From positions 53,262 to 117,261 of the forward strand of contig CAZATP010000006.1 in the NCBI GenBank assembly GCA_964488095.1: DNA of 64,000 bases, in the 5' to 3' direction. Of the stretch, positions 1 to 9,249 are shown piece by piece. Under the pieces are notes generated by a model, which did not search any database, was not told where the DNA came from, and saw nothing but the letters and a program-made list of their open reading frames with translations. The translations under genes were made by a program, and so were the position numbers. Each line of letters begins with the position of its first letter. The first letter of the stretch is position 1. This DNA is from an uncultured Chryseobacterium sp. GTDB lineage: Bacteria; Bacteroidota; Bacteroidia; UBA10329.

Positions 1-3000
1 AACCCTGAAGTTATCGAAGTAATGTCTGTAAGGACTGTAATAGCTGCTTACAAAGCCAACATCGTTCCGTGGCCATGAGGCGCTTTCAATGGGTTCATTG
101 CTGAATCTCACGGTACCGTCCACTGTCAAGGTGCTAAGCGGGTAGGGCGATCCCATGGTGACCTCGAGTTTCACATGGTGCCAGACGTTACCGGTAAGGC
201 CAGGATAGTGGCTTTGATTTCCATCTCTCCATCCCACCCTGTTGCTGTTGATGTCGCAGTAGATGCCCCGGTACTCGATACCGCCCCAGTCCGTCCCATC
301 AATCATCATATCGTATTCAATGACAATGTTGCGGTTGACCACATTCAGGTTGGTCCTCGCATAACTGTAGCCATCCCCACCGGGAACGCTGTTCGACCAG
401 AGTGTGCCATCGGTCCAGTTCCATGTAGTGTTTGTTTGGTCTGAGAGAGAGTAGTTGGCCGATGTGTTGGTACTGAAATTGTCAAACAAACCGTTCATTG
501 CAGTTGGCCAGGTGCCGGTAGTGGCACCACCGGACCATGAGATGCTTCCATAGGTGCCGTTGGCACTCTGTCCTGTTATGGTAATCGGAGAACTGCCCGT
601 ACAACTATTGAATGGACTTGTGACACTGACGCTCGGTGTCTGATTCCAACTGATGACCCTGTCATCTGTCACAGTAGTGCTGCCACAGCCACCGGAGCCA
701 GTGTTGGAAAGTCTCACAGTGATGCGGCCGCTGGGTGAAGTAGGAGTGAAAGTAGAGGCTGCGGGTGAAGCACCGTTTGTGACGGTACCGGTACCCCAAC
801 CCCCTGATACGATGCTCCAGCCCCATGTACCGGGTGAAGAAGCCGATGACCCGGTCAATGTCACTGCAGCGGTTCCACATTGGTCATTGTCAGGGCCAGC
901 ATTAACGGAAGGGGCTGAAACCCATGTAAAGGTCATCTGGCTGCTGGGGTTCTGTCCCGTACAGGCACCATTTCCCGTGGCGGTAAGCGTCATTACCACA
1001 CTTCCTGTGGCCGTGGAAGGAGTGAAGGTCGGGGTGAGGGTAGTTCCCCCGGCTGTGATTGAGCCACTTGACCCTACGGGCACGGTCCACAAAAGGCCAG
1101 AATAGGACCCAGATGCTGTGGCCCCCGTCAAGGTGTAGGCAGCATTGCCGCACTGAGTGATGTTCACACCCGCATTCACGGTAGGTGCCGCACTGTTTGT
1201 AACGGAAGTGCTGGCACATCCAGTTGTGTTACAGTCCCCTATCACTTGAACGAAATAGTTTGTCACCCCTACCGGGGGATTGACGGTCACGCTTGGGCCA
1301 TTGCCCACAGCTGCCCCTCCACATGATCCAGAGTACCATCTCAGCACTCCATTGTAAATTTTGAATTCTTTCAGTCGAACAGGCGCCCCTCCGAACCAAA
1401 GGGCGGCCATTCCCGCAGACTTAGGATTGGCCACCGTTCCCTGAGCAACCTGAACTCCATCAACATAAAGAGTAAAAGTTGCTCCATTCTTCTCCCCGAC
1501 CACGTTGTACCACTGGTTGAGGTTGTATACGAAAGCCTCGTTGATGCCTGTGTTCCCAGGGTCATGGCGCCAATGCATATTCATGGAACTTGGAAATTTC
1601 CAAATCCCCGGACTACGGTCAGACCCACCAGAATTGAATCCGAAAATCTTGCGCCAGTTCCCGTCAGGATTGGCGGTGAACATCATGTCGAATGAAATGG
1701 TATATCTATCTGTGTTCAGCGCGGCAGTTGCTGCGGAAGCATAGCTTGATCCAGTTGTGAGTTCAAGACCGCCTCCTGTGAATGAACCACCAGCGCCTGA
1801 CAGATGAAGGCCGCTGCCAGAGGCATCATTCAGGTTCGATGAGAAGGGATAATAGGCAATCATCCCACCTGTGGCGGTAAGAGTAGTGGAGCCCCCGCAG
1901 ATGGAAGTTGTTCCTGTGATGCCAGAAGGGGTAATTGAGGCCGGGTTCACAGTCAGAACATAGCTGGCCGTTGCGGTCTGGCCACATGCATGTGTGGCTG
2001 TTACCGTATATGTGCCTGCTGTGGGGTTGGCACGGGACATACTGGCGCCAGAAGCCGTATATCCCCCCGGTCCAGACCAATTGTAGGTGGGTGCGGGGCC
2101 GACATTCACACTCCCACTTGCCGTGAGATTGAGCGTGGTACCTGAACATAGTGTCCCGGATGTCCCTGCGGTTATGCTCACCGATACGGTGGGGGTGAGG
2201 GATTCATAGGTGAACGTTGCCCTGTTGCCCCCTCCGTTCTCATAGTACTCAAAGTCGAGGTCGTTATTGCCATTTAGATAGTAGTAGCCAGACCAGTACT
2301 CTGTGTAGCCCTGGTCCACCCAGCCATTGATAATCTGGCTGCCGTTGAGGTTTAAGCGCACTCCGTCATCTCCACCCACTCTGAAGCGGTATATGCCACA
2401 GGGGAAGTTCTTCCTCATCTTGTAACGGACGGAGAACGTACTTCGCTGCGTGTTACATCCATTGGTGCCGAAGAAAGTGCCATCGTCATCCCCCCCGAAA
2501 TTCTGATCGAAGGTTTCAGACTGGGTAATGTAGCCAGTGTAAGTAGTGAAGTTCGTGTTGTCATAAACATATCCAATCCATGAATTGACGCCATAGGTCA
2601 CTTGATCACCGGCAGGAACACATGCTGGTTCGTAGTACACTTCCATGTACCTCCGGCTGAAGTATTGAATATTTGTTGTACACCCATAATTCAACCACGT
2701 ATTGTACGCGGCATAGGTGTATGTTATAGTGTTTGTGAAGGTGCCATTCCCAATAGTTGAGAATAGGTCATAGACCTGAGTTCCACCTGAACTGCAGCAA
2801 CCTTGATAAGTGGCGGTTGTTCCAGACGGGCCAACTATGCGAGTCCTTTGTTCGTTCGTCCATCCACCACCAACTGCTGCAATCGTCCAGTAATTTCGGG
2901 TGTTATTCACGATTACCGTTCCTGGTAAGCTGGCCGACAGGTTGTAGCTGCACCACGGTGTTGTTGAGGATACACCGAGAATACTGTATTCGTCAACCAC

Positions 3001-4053
3001 CACCACCGGATCCACTGTCACGGGATACTTTACTACAGGGTTCCTAAGCCATGCGGTTGACACGGCCAACTGCAATTTGAAACGATTATTGGGCAGACGC
3101 TGTAGCCTGAACGCCCCGATGGTGCTGTGTTCATCGATTTCGAAATCAGGAGTATGGTCTGCATTGTCGAACACGCTTGCAGGCATGATGCGGGCCTGAA
3201 CTTTACCTGACTGGTCTTTGACCACAAGCTCACCTTGCCAGCCGAATTCGGTCATCTGACCGTTCGCCTCGTTCTGTGCCAGAACCCATCCTAAGGGAAG
3301 CGAAATCTCCTCTTCAAACACTACAACCTGACTATTTGCCAGGACGAAGGACCTGTCCTTGATCAGGTAGCTCGTTTTTACCCCTTCCAAGCCGAACGTA
3401 CAGGCGAAATCAACCTGTCCCACAATGTCCGTGAGCAAGGCTTCTCGCTCAGTTACTGCCGAGCGCTGTGGATTAGCATATTCCTCGGTCACAACAGCAC
3501 CGCCCTGCGCCAATTGCACCACACGTATGTTCTTACCAAGGCCGATAGCCGCTCCTGATCTTCCGAAGCGAATGGAAGACGAGCCGTCTCGGCTATCAAA
3601 GCTGATGGGGAACTTGAGCTTGGGCATGTCATACACCCCATTGACCGCTGTGGGCAACAATTTCTCCTGCACATTCCTCCACAGTCCTGCCTCATCCTTG
3701 TAGTGCAAAGGCACATCGCCCGACTGCCGAATGCAGGAGGTGTTGGTGGAGAAATTGTGGAAGGTGGCCGAATACTCGGTCCGTTGGTCTGTCAGTTCTA
3801 CGAAATCCAACTGGTCTTTTCCCGTAGAGTCAGGAAGAAAAACCGTCCCGAAATCCGGATGCTGCTTTGCCTTTTCTGATAGTTTGACAACGTGAACACC
3901 CTCAGTTGGTGAGGCGAAATGGTGTGCTCCGATGCCATTCTGAACAAGAGGTGCTTGTTGAGCGACAGCATGACCGCTGTCATTCACGAAGCAAAAGGTC
4001 AAGACCAGCGTTGCAAAGAAGAATATGCAAGAGGAAGGTAGAAGATTTCTCAT
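1..4053 (-). CDS. Giant secreted adhesin-like protein, N-terminal part only (at least 1351 codons; C-terminus lies left of the window): signal peptide, PA14-like domain, Ig-like repeats, LamG/concanavalin-like domain
   Basis: Absent from the supplied ORF track because no stop codon falls inside the window. The minus frame starting at ATG = complement of 4051-4053 reads MRNLLPSSCIFFFATLVLTFCF... I hand-translated 1-120, 1501-1560, 2401-2460 and 3001-3060 in this frame and found no stops. No track ORF in the other frames here exceeds 150 aa. PA14-like stretch at about 2200-2600 (GIYRFRVGGDDGVRLNLNG...DLDFEYYENGGG). LamG-like stretch at about 1340-1860. T/S/G-rich Cys-containing Ig-like units elsewhere. 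Confidence 0.8.
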   Translation of the reverse strand, partial: MRNLLPSSCIFFFATLVLTFCFVNDSGHAVAQQAPLVQNGIGAHHFASPTEGVHVVKLSEKAKQHPDFGTVFLPDSTGKDQLDFVELTDQRTEYSATFHNFSTNTSCIRQSGDVPLHYKDEAGLWRNVQEKLLPTAVNGVYDMPKLKFPISFDSRDGSSSIRFGRSGAAIGLGKNIRVVQLAQGGAVVTEEYANPQRSAVTEREALLTDIVGQVDFACTFGLEGVKTSYLIKDRSFVLANSQVVVFEEEISLPLGWVLAQNEANGQMTEFGWQGELVVKDQSGKVQARIMPASVFDNADHTPDFEIDEHSTIGAFRLQRLPNNRFKLQLAVSTAWLRNPVVKYPVTVDPVVVVDEYSILGVSSTTPWCSYNLSASLPGTVIVNNTRNYWTIAAVGGGWTNEQRTRIVGPSGTTATYQGCCSSGGTQVYDLFSTIGNGTFTNTITYTYAAYNTWLNYGCTTNIQYFSRRYMEVYYEPACVPAGDQVTYGVNSWIGYVYDNTNFTTYTGYITQSETFDQNFGGDDDGTFFGTNGCNTQRSTFSVRYKMRKNFPCGIYRFRVGGDDGVRLNLNGSQIINGWVDQGYTEYWSGYYYLNGNNDLDFEYYENGGGNRATFTYESLTPTVSVSITAGTSGTLCSGTTLNLTASGSVNVGPAPTYNWSGPGGYTASGASMSRANPTAGTYTVTATHACGQTATASYVLTVNPASITPSGITGTTSICGGSTTLTATGGMIAYYPFSSNLNDASGSGLHLSGAGGSFTGGGLELTTGSSYASAATAALNTDRYTISFDMMFTANPDGNWRKIFGFNSGGSDRSPGIWKFPSSMNMHWRHDPGNTGINEAFVYNLNQWYNVVGEKNGATFTLYVDGVQVAQGTVANPKSAGMAALWFGGAPVRLKEFKIYNGVLRWYSGSCGGAAVGNGPSVTVNPPVGVTNYFVQVIGDCNTTGCASTSVTNSAAPTVNAGVNITQCGNAAYTLTGATASGSYSGLLWTVPVGSSGSITAGGTTLTPTFTPSTATGSVVMTLTATGNGACTGQNPSSQMTFTWVSAPSVNAGPDNDQCGTAAVTLTGSSASSPGTWGWSIVSGGWGTGTVTNGASPAASTFTPTSPSGRITVRLSNTGSGGCGSTTVTDDRVISWNQTPSVSVTSPFNSCTGSSPITITGQSANGTYGSISWSGGATTGTWPTAMNGLFDNFSTNTSANYSLSDQTNTTWNWTDGTLWSNSVPGGDGYSYARTNLNVVNRNIVIEYDMMIDGTDWGGIEYRGIYCDINSNRVGWRDGNQSHYPGLTGNVWHHVKLEVTMGSPYPLSTLTVDGTVRFSNEPIESASWPRNDVGFVSSYYSPYRHYFDNFRV

Positions 4054-4142
4054 GCTACAGGATTAAGATGTGTGCTGATCACAGTGCCAACCATTTATTG
4101 AGGAAGATGCATTTCAGTGCCCTGACTCTGTCAAACGATGTC

Positions 4143-4547
4143 TCACTCCGAAATTTCGAACAGATCGGAACGGTTGAGCACTTGAGATTTTTTTGAGTCT
4201 GGTAATATCTCGAATTCCTCGCGGCTCATTTTTATTTTTCCTTTCGGAGCCGACTCACGCACCATTTGAGCGTAGCGCTCAGGGTAGGCAGCTACAAAAG
4301 CTTCTTTGGCCTCCGCATAAAGCTGGAGGTCCATCTGTTCATCACCTGTGACGCGATAAGTGAAGTAGCCATTGTCCTTGACCTCCTCTGATTTCAACAC
4401 GTTGGCAGCTGCTGCGCTGGAGGTCTCTGTCTGTGAGGTTTCCGTGGCATTGAGCGTTTGCCCGAAAGCAGGGGTGTCAAGAAGAGAGAGAGAACTCAGG
4501 GCGAAGACCATCAGAAAGGCCGAGAGAGGGATTGAGTGCGCTGACAT
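4143..4547 (-). CDS. Hypothetical small secreted protein
   Basis: Signal-peptide-like N-terminus MSAHSIPLSAFLMVFALSSLSLLDTPAFGQ. Start moved from the track's 4580 to the ATG at complement 4545-4547, because a -7 promoter box (4578-4585) lies inside the longer ORF. No family recognised. Confidence 0.5.
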   Translation of the reverse strand: MSAHSIPLSAFLMVFALSSLSLLDTPAFGQTLNATETSQTETSSAAAANVLKSEEVKDNGYFTYRVTGDEQMDLQLYAEAKEAFVAAYPERYAQMVRESAPKGKIKMSREEFEILPDSKKSQVLNRSDLFEISE

Positions 4548-4577
4548 AATCTGGATGCTGTTAATAAATTGTATCAG

Positions 4578-4585
4578 CAAACATA
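4578..4585 (-). promoter_or_regulatory. Bacteroidota -7 promoter box (TATGTTTG on minus strand)
   Basis: Plus-strand CAAACATA is minus-strand TATGTTTG, matching TAnnTTTG, about 30 nt upstream of the ATG at 4547. Confidence 0.45.
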
Positions 4586-4826
4586 ACTTTATCTTCGAGG
4601 ATTGAAGGATTGACTAGCGTTTTGTGTCCTCAAAAATTCATCATTTATTAAATTTCAAATAGAAAATTGAACGTAAAGTTGTCTCTGGACGTGATGTGAA
4701 TGCAACTTTGTCATCGACTGACATTAGATAGTCTTCAGTTCGTTGAAGTGGTGGTGTGTTCTTGAGATGTCAACCTTCCCTGTCTGTCAGAAATGGCTGG
4801 TGTAACTTGCCGCCCAGATTCAGAAC

Positions 4827-6227
4827 ATGGAACAATCACAACGAGTGAATGTGGATGGGGTCGGCATCCTCGCAGGGATGGACGCAACAGCCATCGCGGA
4901 GCATATTACGAAAGGGCAGGTTACCGCCAAAGAGGCCTTGATGGCCGTGCGACAGCGGTTGGAACTTGCTGAGCCCCGGATCAATGCAGTAGTGGCGGCC
5001 GATTTTGAGCAGGCAGAGGCCCAACCTCCAGTGAAAGGTGTATTCACAGGTGTTCCCACCTTCATAAAAGATTTAGTCAAGGTGAAGGGCTTTGCAACGT
5101 TGCAAGGCTGTGCCGGTGTGCCGGATCGGAAAGCAAAGGGACACGAGAAAGTGGTGAAACAGATTGCCTCCACAGGGTGCGTGATCGTGGGGAAGAGCAC
5201 CACATCAGAGTTCGGACTTCTGCCCAGTTCGGAGACACTGCTGCATGGCATCACTCGCAACCCGGTGAACACGGAGTATTCCACAGGAGGTTCCTCGGGT
5301 GGTGCGGCCGCGCTAGTGGCGGCAGGGGTGGTTCCCTTCGCGCATGCCATGGACGGTGGGGGCAGCATCCGCATACCAGCCTCCTGTTGTGGACTGGTGG
5401 GCCTTAAGCCGTCCAGAGGCCGCCATGTGGGATCGCCATCGCTCGGTCTTCCAGTTGATATTGTGACGAACGGCATCGTTTCGCAGACCGTGCGCGACAC
5501 CGCCAACTACTTCCACGCCATTGAGCAGTATCGTCCGCATCCGAAATATGCCCCGATCGGACATGTTACCGGACCGAACAAGCGCAGACTCCGCATCGGC
5601 ATGTTCACGCAGAACCCTGCCGGAATAGAGGCGCACAAGGACGTGGCACAGGCGGTGCTTCGGGCCGGCAAGGTCTGCGAAGGGCTGGGGCATAGGGTGG
5701 AGTTCATTCAGAATCCCTACAACGACCGCGTTCTGTTCGATTTCCTGGTCTATTATTCCTTCTTGGCCCGTCTGTTGGTGACCTTCGGAAAGGTGGCGGT
5801 CCATCCGAAATTCAACAACAGGAAGGTGGAGCCCTTCACCAGCGGTCTGGCCACGTTCTTCACCAAATCGATGTTGCACGCACCTTCGAGTTTCACTTAT
5901 CTGAAGGGAAAACTGAGTAGGGAGTATGACGCGCTGTTCAGCTCCTACGACCTTCTGCTGAGCCCCACGCTGTTGGAGCCCGTGCCCAAGCTCGGATATT
6001 TTTCGGGCGATCAGCCGTTCATTTCGTTGGTGATGCGCCTCAACAACTACGTGAACTTCACCATCATTCAGAATGCCACAGGAGCACCGGCCATCTCACT
6101 GCCCCTGGGCAAGTGTGCGAATGGACTTCCGGTCGGGCCGCAGTTCGCAGCCAGAATTGGGGATGACCGCACCTTGTTGGAGCTTGCCTTTGAACTGGAG
6201 CAGGCAGGTGCGTTCGTAAAGCACTGA
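4827..6227 (+). CDS. Amidase (amidase-signature family)
   Basis: 466 aa. Amidase-signature motif GGSSGGAAALVAAG...DGGGSIRIPASCCGLVGLKPSRGR. ATG start at 4827. Confidence 0.9.
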   Translation: MEQSQRVNVDGVGILAGMDATAIAEHITKGQVTAKEALMAVRQRLELAEPRINAVVAADFEQAEAQPPVKGVFTGVPTFIKDLVKVKGFATLQGCAGVPDRKAKGHEKVVKQIASTGCVIVGKSTTSEFGLLPSSETLLHGITRNPVNTEYSTGGSSGGAAALVAAGVVPFAHAMDGGGSIRIPASCCGLVGLKPSRGRHVGSPSLGLPVDIVTNGIVSQTVRDTANYFHAIEQYRPHPKYAPIGHVTGPNKRRLRIGMFTQNPAGIEAHKDVAQAVLRAGKVCEGLGHRVEFIQNPYNDRVLFDFLVYYSFLARLLVTFGKVAVHPKFNNRKVEPFTSGLATFFTKSMLHAPSSFTYLKGKLSREYDALFSSYDLLLSPTLLEPVPKLGYFSGDQPFISLVMRLNNYVNFTIIQNATGAPAISLPLGKCANGLPVGPQFAARIGDDRTLLELAFELEQAGAFVKH

Positions 6228-6239
6228 GAAGCACGACCG

Positions 6240-6575
6240 GTGGCCAGCGATTTCTTCCTTGATGTCTGGGATGTGGTCCGTCTGATTCCCGAAGGCCGTG
6301 TCACCAGTTATGGGGCCATCGCCAGGTATCTTGGCAGCGCCCGTTCATCGCGCATGGTGGGCTGGGCTATGAATGCCAGCCATGCAGCGCCCGATCCAGT
6401 TCCCGCCCACCGGGTGGTGAACCGTTTGGGGATGCTCAGCGGCAAGGCTTATTTCCCTTCTCCGGAGATGATGCAGCAGCGCTTGGAGGCAGAAGGAGTG
6501 TCGGTGGAGAATGACTGCGTGGTCGAATTCCACAAGCGCTTCTGGGACCCGATGAAGGAGTTGGAGCTGAAGTGA
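6240..6575 (+). CDS. atl: Alkyltransferase-like (ATL) protein: MGMT-family DNA-binding domain lacking the acceptor cysteine
   Basis: 111 aa with a GTG start. VTSYGAIARYLG...PVPAHRVVN corresponds to the O6-alkylguanine transferase PCHRV motif with Cys replaced by Ala. No N-terminal AGT domain. Confidence 0.75.
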   Translation: MASDFFLDVWDVVRLIPEGRVTSYGAIARYLGSARSSRMVGWAMNASHAAPDPVPAHRVVNRLGMLSGKAYFPSPEMMQQRLEAEGVSVENDCVVEFHKRFWDPMKELELK

Positions 6576-6598
6576 GGGATGGCAGTTTTGGGGAAATG

Positions 6599-6637
6599 GA
6601 ACATCCCAGTCCCGGACACTCCAGAACTGGGATGTTC
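6599..6637. terminator. 12-bp hairpin between convergent genes (possible bidirectional terminator)
   Basis: GAACATCCCAGT (6599-6610) pairs with ACTGGGATGTTC (6626-6637), loop 15 nt. A6 follows on the plus strand, so the T-tract precedes the hairpin on the minus strand. There is no canonical U-tail in either direction. Confidence 0.4.
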
Positions 6638-6659
6638 AAAAAAGTCGGTATGGAAAAAA

Positions 6660-7070
6660 TCAGAGATCCTCGAACTTCAGGTCGGTGGAGTAACCCGAAT
6701 CGGACGGACCGTCATCTGAGGAATTAGACGGTGGTGCTGAAGCACCTCTGTGGGCATTCCCCTCATTGTTCCAATCGTCTTCATACACACGGCCTTCCGA
6801 GCCATAGTCATCACCCTTGTTCTTGCGGATGAACGCGATGGCATTGTTCATCTCCTGCATGAAGGTGTTGAAGTCTTCCTTGTAGAGGAAGATCTTGTGG
6901 CGGGTGGTCATCGGTTGGCCGTCCCTTCCGGTCTTCTTCAGCAGTTCGCTGACGGTCATGTAGTATTCACCGTTTCGGGTCTCCTTCACATCGAAGAAGT
7001 AGGTGCGCTTGCCGGCCTTCACCCGGGCGGTGTAAATCTCCTCGTGGTTATCAAACTCTCCCTGTGCCAT
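6660..7070 (-). CDS. DUF3276 / PUR-alpha-like nucleic-acid-binding protein
   Basis: EIYTARVKAGKRTYFFDVKETRNGEYYMTVSE...HKIFLYKEDFNTF is the typical Bacteroidota DUF3276 pattern. Start moved to the ATG at complement 7068-7070 (MAQGEFDN...), because a -7 box at 7103-7110 lies inside the longer track ORF (to 7154). Confidence 0.75.
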   Translation of the reverse strand: MAQGEFDNHEEIYTARVKAGKRTYFFDVKETRNGEYYMTVSELLKKTGRDGQPMTTRHKIFLYKEDFNTFMQEMNNAIAFIRKNKGDDYGSEGRVYEDDWNNEGNAHRGASAPPSNSSDDGPSDSGYSTDLKFEDL

Positions 7071-7102
7071 GCTCTTGCTTTGGTCCTTATCAAAAGTCAA
7101 GT

Positions 7103-7110
7103 CAAACATA
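7103..7110 (-). promoter_or_regulatory. Bacteroidota -7 promoter box (TATGTTTG on minus strand)
   Basis: Plus-strand CAAACATA, about 32 nt upstream of the ATG at 7070. Confidence 0.45.
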
Positions 7111-7181
7111 CACGAGAATCTGCTAACCCCGCACTCGACCATCAAAAAAGCCAATGGCCGACCAATTCCGTGCTGATGGGG

Positions 7182-9014
7182 TCAGCTGTCCATGTCCTCG
7201 GACGCAGCATCGTCCAGAATCTGCTGCTGATACATGGAGAAATACGCTCCCTCCAAGGCCAGCAGTTGTTCGTGTGTGCCTTGCTCCACCACTCTGCCTT
7301 CGTCCAGCACAAGGATGCGGTCAGCCTGCTTAACGGTGCTTACCCGGTGGGCGATGACGATAGAGGTTCGTCCCTTCATCAGCTCGCGGAGCTGAGTGAG
7401 AATGCGCTCCTCGGTCTGCGTGTCCACAGCACTGAGGCAGTCATCGAAAATGAGCACCTGAGGATGGCGGATGATGGCCCGAGCAATGGAAACACGCTGC
7501 TTCTGTCCTCCGGAGAGGGTCACGCCTCTTTCGCCTACGCGCGTCCCGAAGCCCGTGGGGAACTCCATGATGCTGTCAAAGATGTCCGCCTGCTGTGCTG
7601 CACGGTGCACGTCCTCCTCCTTGTAGGTGCCTTCGGGAAGCCCGAATGCGATGTTGTTGGCAATGGTGTCCGAGAAGAGGAAGACTTCTTGCGGCACATA
7701 GCCTATGCCCGAGCGTACAGCATCGAGATGCAGGTCGCGGATGGGTGTCCCGTCAATGCGAACCGTCCCCGAGGTAGCATCGTAGGCACGGGTGATCAGA
7801 GCCGCGATGGTCGATTTGCCGCTGCCCGTTCTACCGAGAATGGCAAGGCTCTCGCCTTCTCTCACGGTGAAACTCACATGGTCAAGCGCGCGCGTACCGC
7901 TGTCGGGATAGACGAAACTCACATCATCGAACGCAATGGTCCCTTTGATCGGAACGAACTCTTTGGCAGTGTTCACGATTTCGGGCACGGTGTCCAGAAA
8001 CTCGTTGATGCGGGCCTGTGATGCGGCTGCCCGCTGAATGATGCTGGTGATCCAGCCCAGCGCGGCCACGGGCCATGTGAGCATGTTGATGTAGATGATG
8101 AACTCGGCAATGTTCCCAGAACTGATTTCTCCGGCCATGGCCTGTTTTCCGCCAACATAGACGGTGAGCACGGTGCTGAGGCCTATAAGTACGAGCATCG
8201 TGGGGAAGAACGTGGCCTGAATGCGCACCAGTTCCAAGGAGGTTTCCTTGTAGCGTTCGGTCTCGGAGGCGAATGCCCCTGCCCACTGCTTCTCCCGGCT
8301 GTAGGCCTTCAGCACACGGATGCCAGAGAATCCTTCCTGGACAAAGGTGCTCATGCGGCTCAGCTGACGCTGCACCACCTCGCTCTTCACGTTGATCTTG
8401 TGGCTCACATAGTAGATGGTGATGGAAAGGATGGGCAGCGGCAAAAGCACATAAAATGTTAACGATGGGCTCACCCGGATCATGTTGTAAATGACAAGGA
8501 CAGTGAGCACCAGGAGGTTCACTGCGTAAAGGATGGCCGGGCCGAGATACATGCGCACCTTGCTCACATCCTCTGTGATGCGGGCCATGAGGTCGCCCGT
8601 GCTGTTGCGTTTGAAGAAGGCCAGCGACAGCCGCTGGTAGTGGTCATACATCTCGTTCTTCATATCATACTCCACCATGCGGCTCATCACCACGATGGTC
8701 TGACGCATGAGGAACATGAAGAAGCCCTTGAGCAGCGCACTGATCACCACCACGGCACCGAACCATACGAAGGTCATTGCGAGCACTTCGAAGAGCGACT
8801 CCTGAGCGTCCGTGTCTCTGAAGTGCATGAAGACCGGGCGCACATCGGCCAGGAAATCGAACGTGATGCGCACCAGCTTAGGTGGAACGATCGCATAGAG
8901 ATTGCTGATGGTGACGAACAGAATCCCGAGCGAGAATCTCCAGCGGTATTTCCAGAAATACTTGTTGAGACGGGCCAGCGCACCGATCCCATTCTCCTTC
9001 GCACGCTCGACCAT
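7182..9014 (-). CDS. ABC transporter, fused permease/ATP-binding protein (MsbA/multidrug-exporter type)
   Basis: 610 aa. N-terminal 6-TM region. Walker A GRTGSGKST, signature LSGGQKQR, Walker B LIFDD. Confidence 0.9.
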   Translation of the reverse strand: MVERAKENGIGALARLNKYFWKYRWRFSLGILFVTISNLYAIVPPKLVRITFDFLADVRPVFMHFRDTDAQESLFEVLAMTFVWFGAVVVISALLKGFFMFLMRQTIVVMSRMVEYDMKNEMYDHYQRLSLAFFKRNSTGDLMARITEDVSKVRMYLGPAILYAVNLLVLTVLVIYNMIRVSPSLTFYVLLPLPILSITIYYVSHKINVKSEVVQRQLSRMSTFVQEGFSGIRVLKAYSREKQWAGAFASETERYKETSLELVRIQATFFPTMLVLIGLSTVLTVYVGGKQAMAGEISSGNIAEFIIYINMLTWPVAALGWITSIIQRAAASQARINEFLDTVPEIVNTAKEFVPIKGTIAFDDVSFVYPDSGTRALDHVSFTVREGESLAILGRTGSGKSTIAALITRAYDATSGTVRIDGTPIRDLHLDAVRSGIGYVPQEVFLFSDTIANNIAFGLPEGTYKEEDVHRAAQQADIFDSIMEFPTGFGTRVGERGVTLSGGQKQRVSIARAIIRHPQVLIFDDCLSAVDTQTEERILTQLRELMKGRTSIVIAHRVSTVKQADRILVLDEGRVVEQGTHEQLLALEGAYFSMYQQQILDDAASEDMDS

Positions 9015-9033
9015 CCCCTTGGGAAAATAGATA

Positions 9034-9041
9034 TACTTTTG
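9034..9041 (+). promoter_or_regulatory. Candidate -7 promoter box (TACTTTTG) about 208 nt upstream of nusB
   Basis: Exact TAnnTTTG match on the plus strand in the 235-bp divergent intergenic region. It would give nusB an unusually long leader. Confidence 0.3.
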
Positions 9042-9249
9042 CGCGAAATTAGGGAGGATTGGCCCGACCGATGGTCAAACACAGGTCGAGAGTCAAGGTT
9101 TAAGGAAGTTCATGCTCCTGTGACCCCATTTTTTCCCGCAGACCGAGATTGAAGATGCTTTTTTCACGTTCGGCAGCCGCGCACTGCACAGCTGCCCTTG
9201 ACATTATGAACCTGTCCTTCCTCTGTGAAGAGACGCAAAGCCCACAGGC

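Noticed and set aside
6750-8021. 423-aa plus-strand ORF, with similar long ORFs at 15313-16137 (+), 16166-16813 (+), 29551-30135 (+ part), 31132-31896 (+) and 34540-35211 (-)
   Set aside because: All lie antisense to genes with clear family motifs (ABC transporter, fsa, deoC, fumC, prfB, yicC). Their translations are H/R/G/L/V-rich low-information sequence with no motifs. This is typical of shadow ORFs in GC-rich coding DNA.
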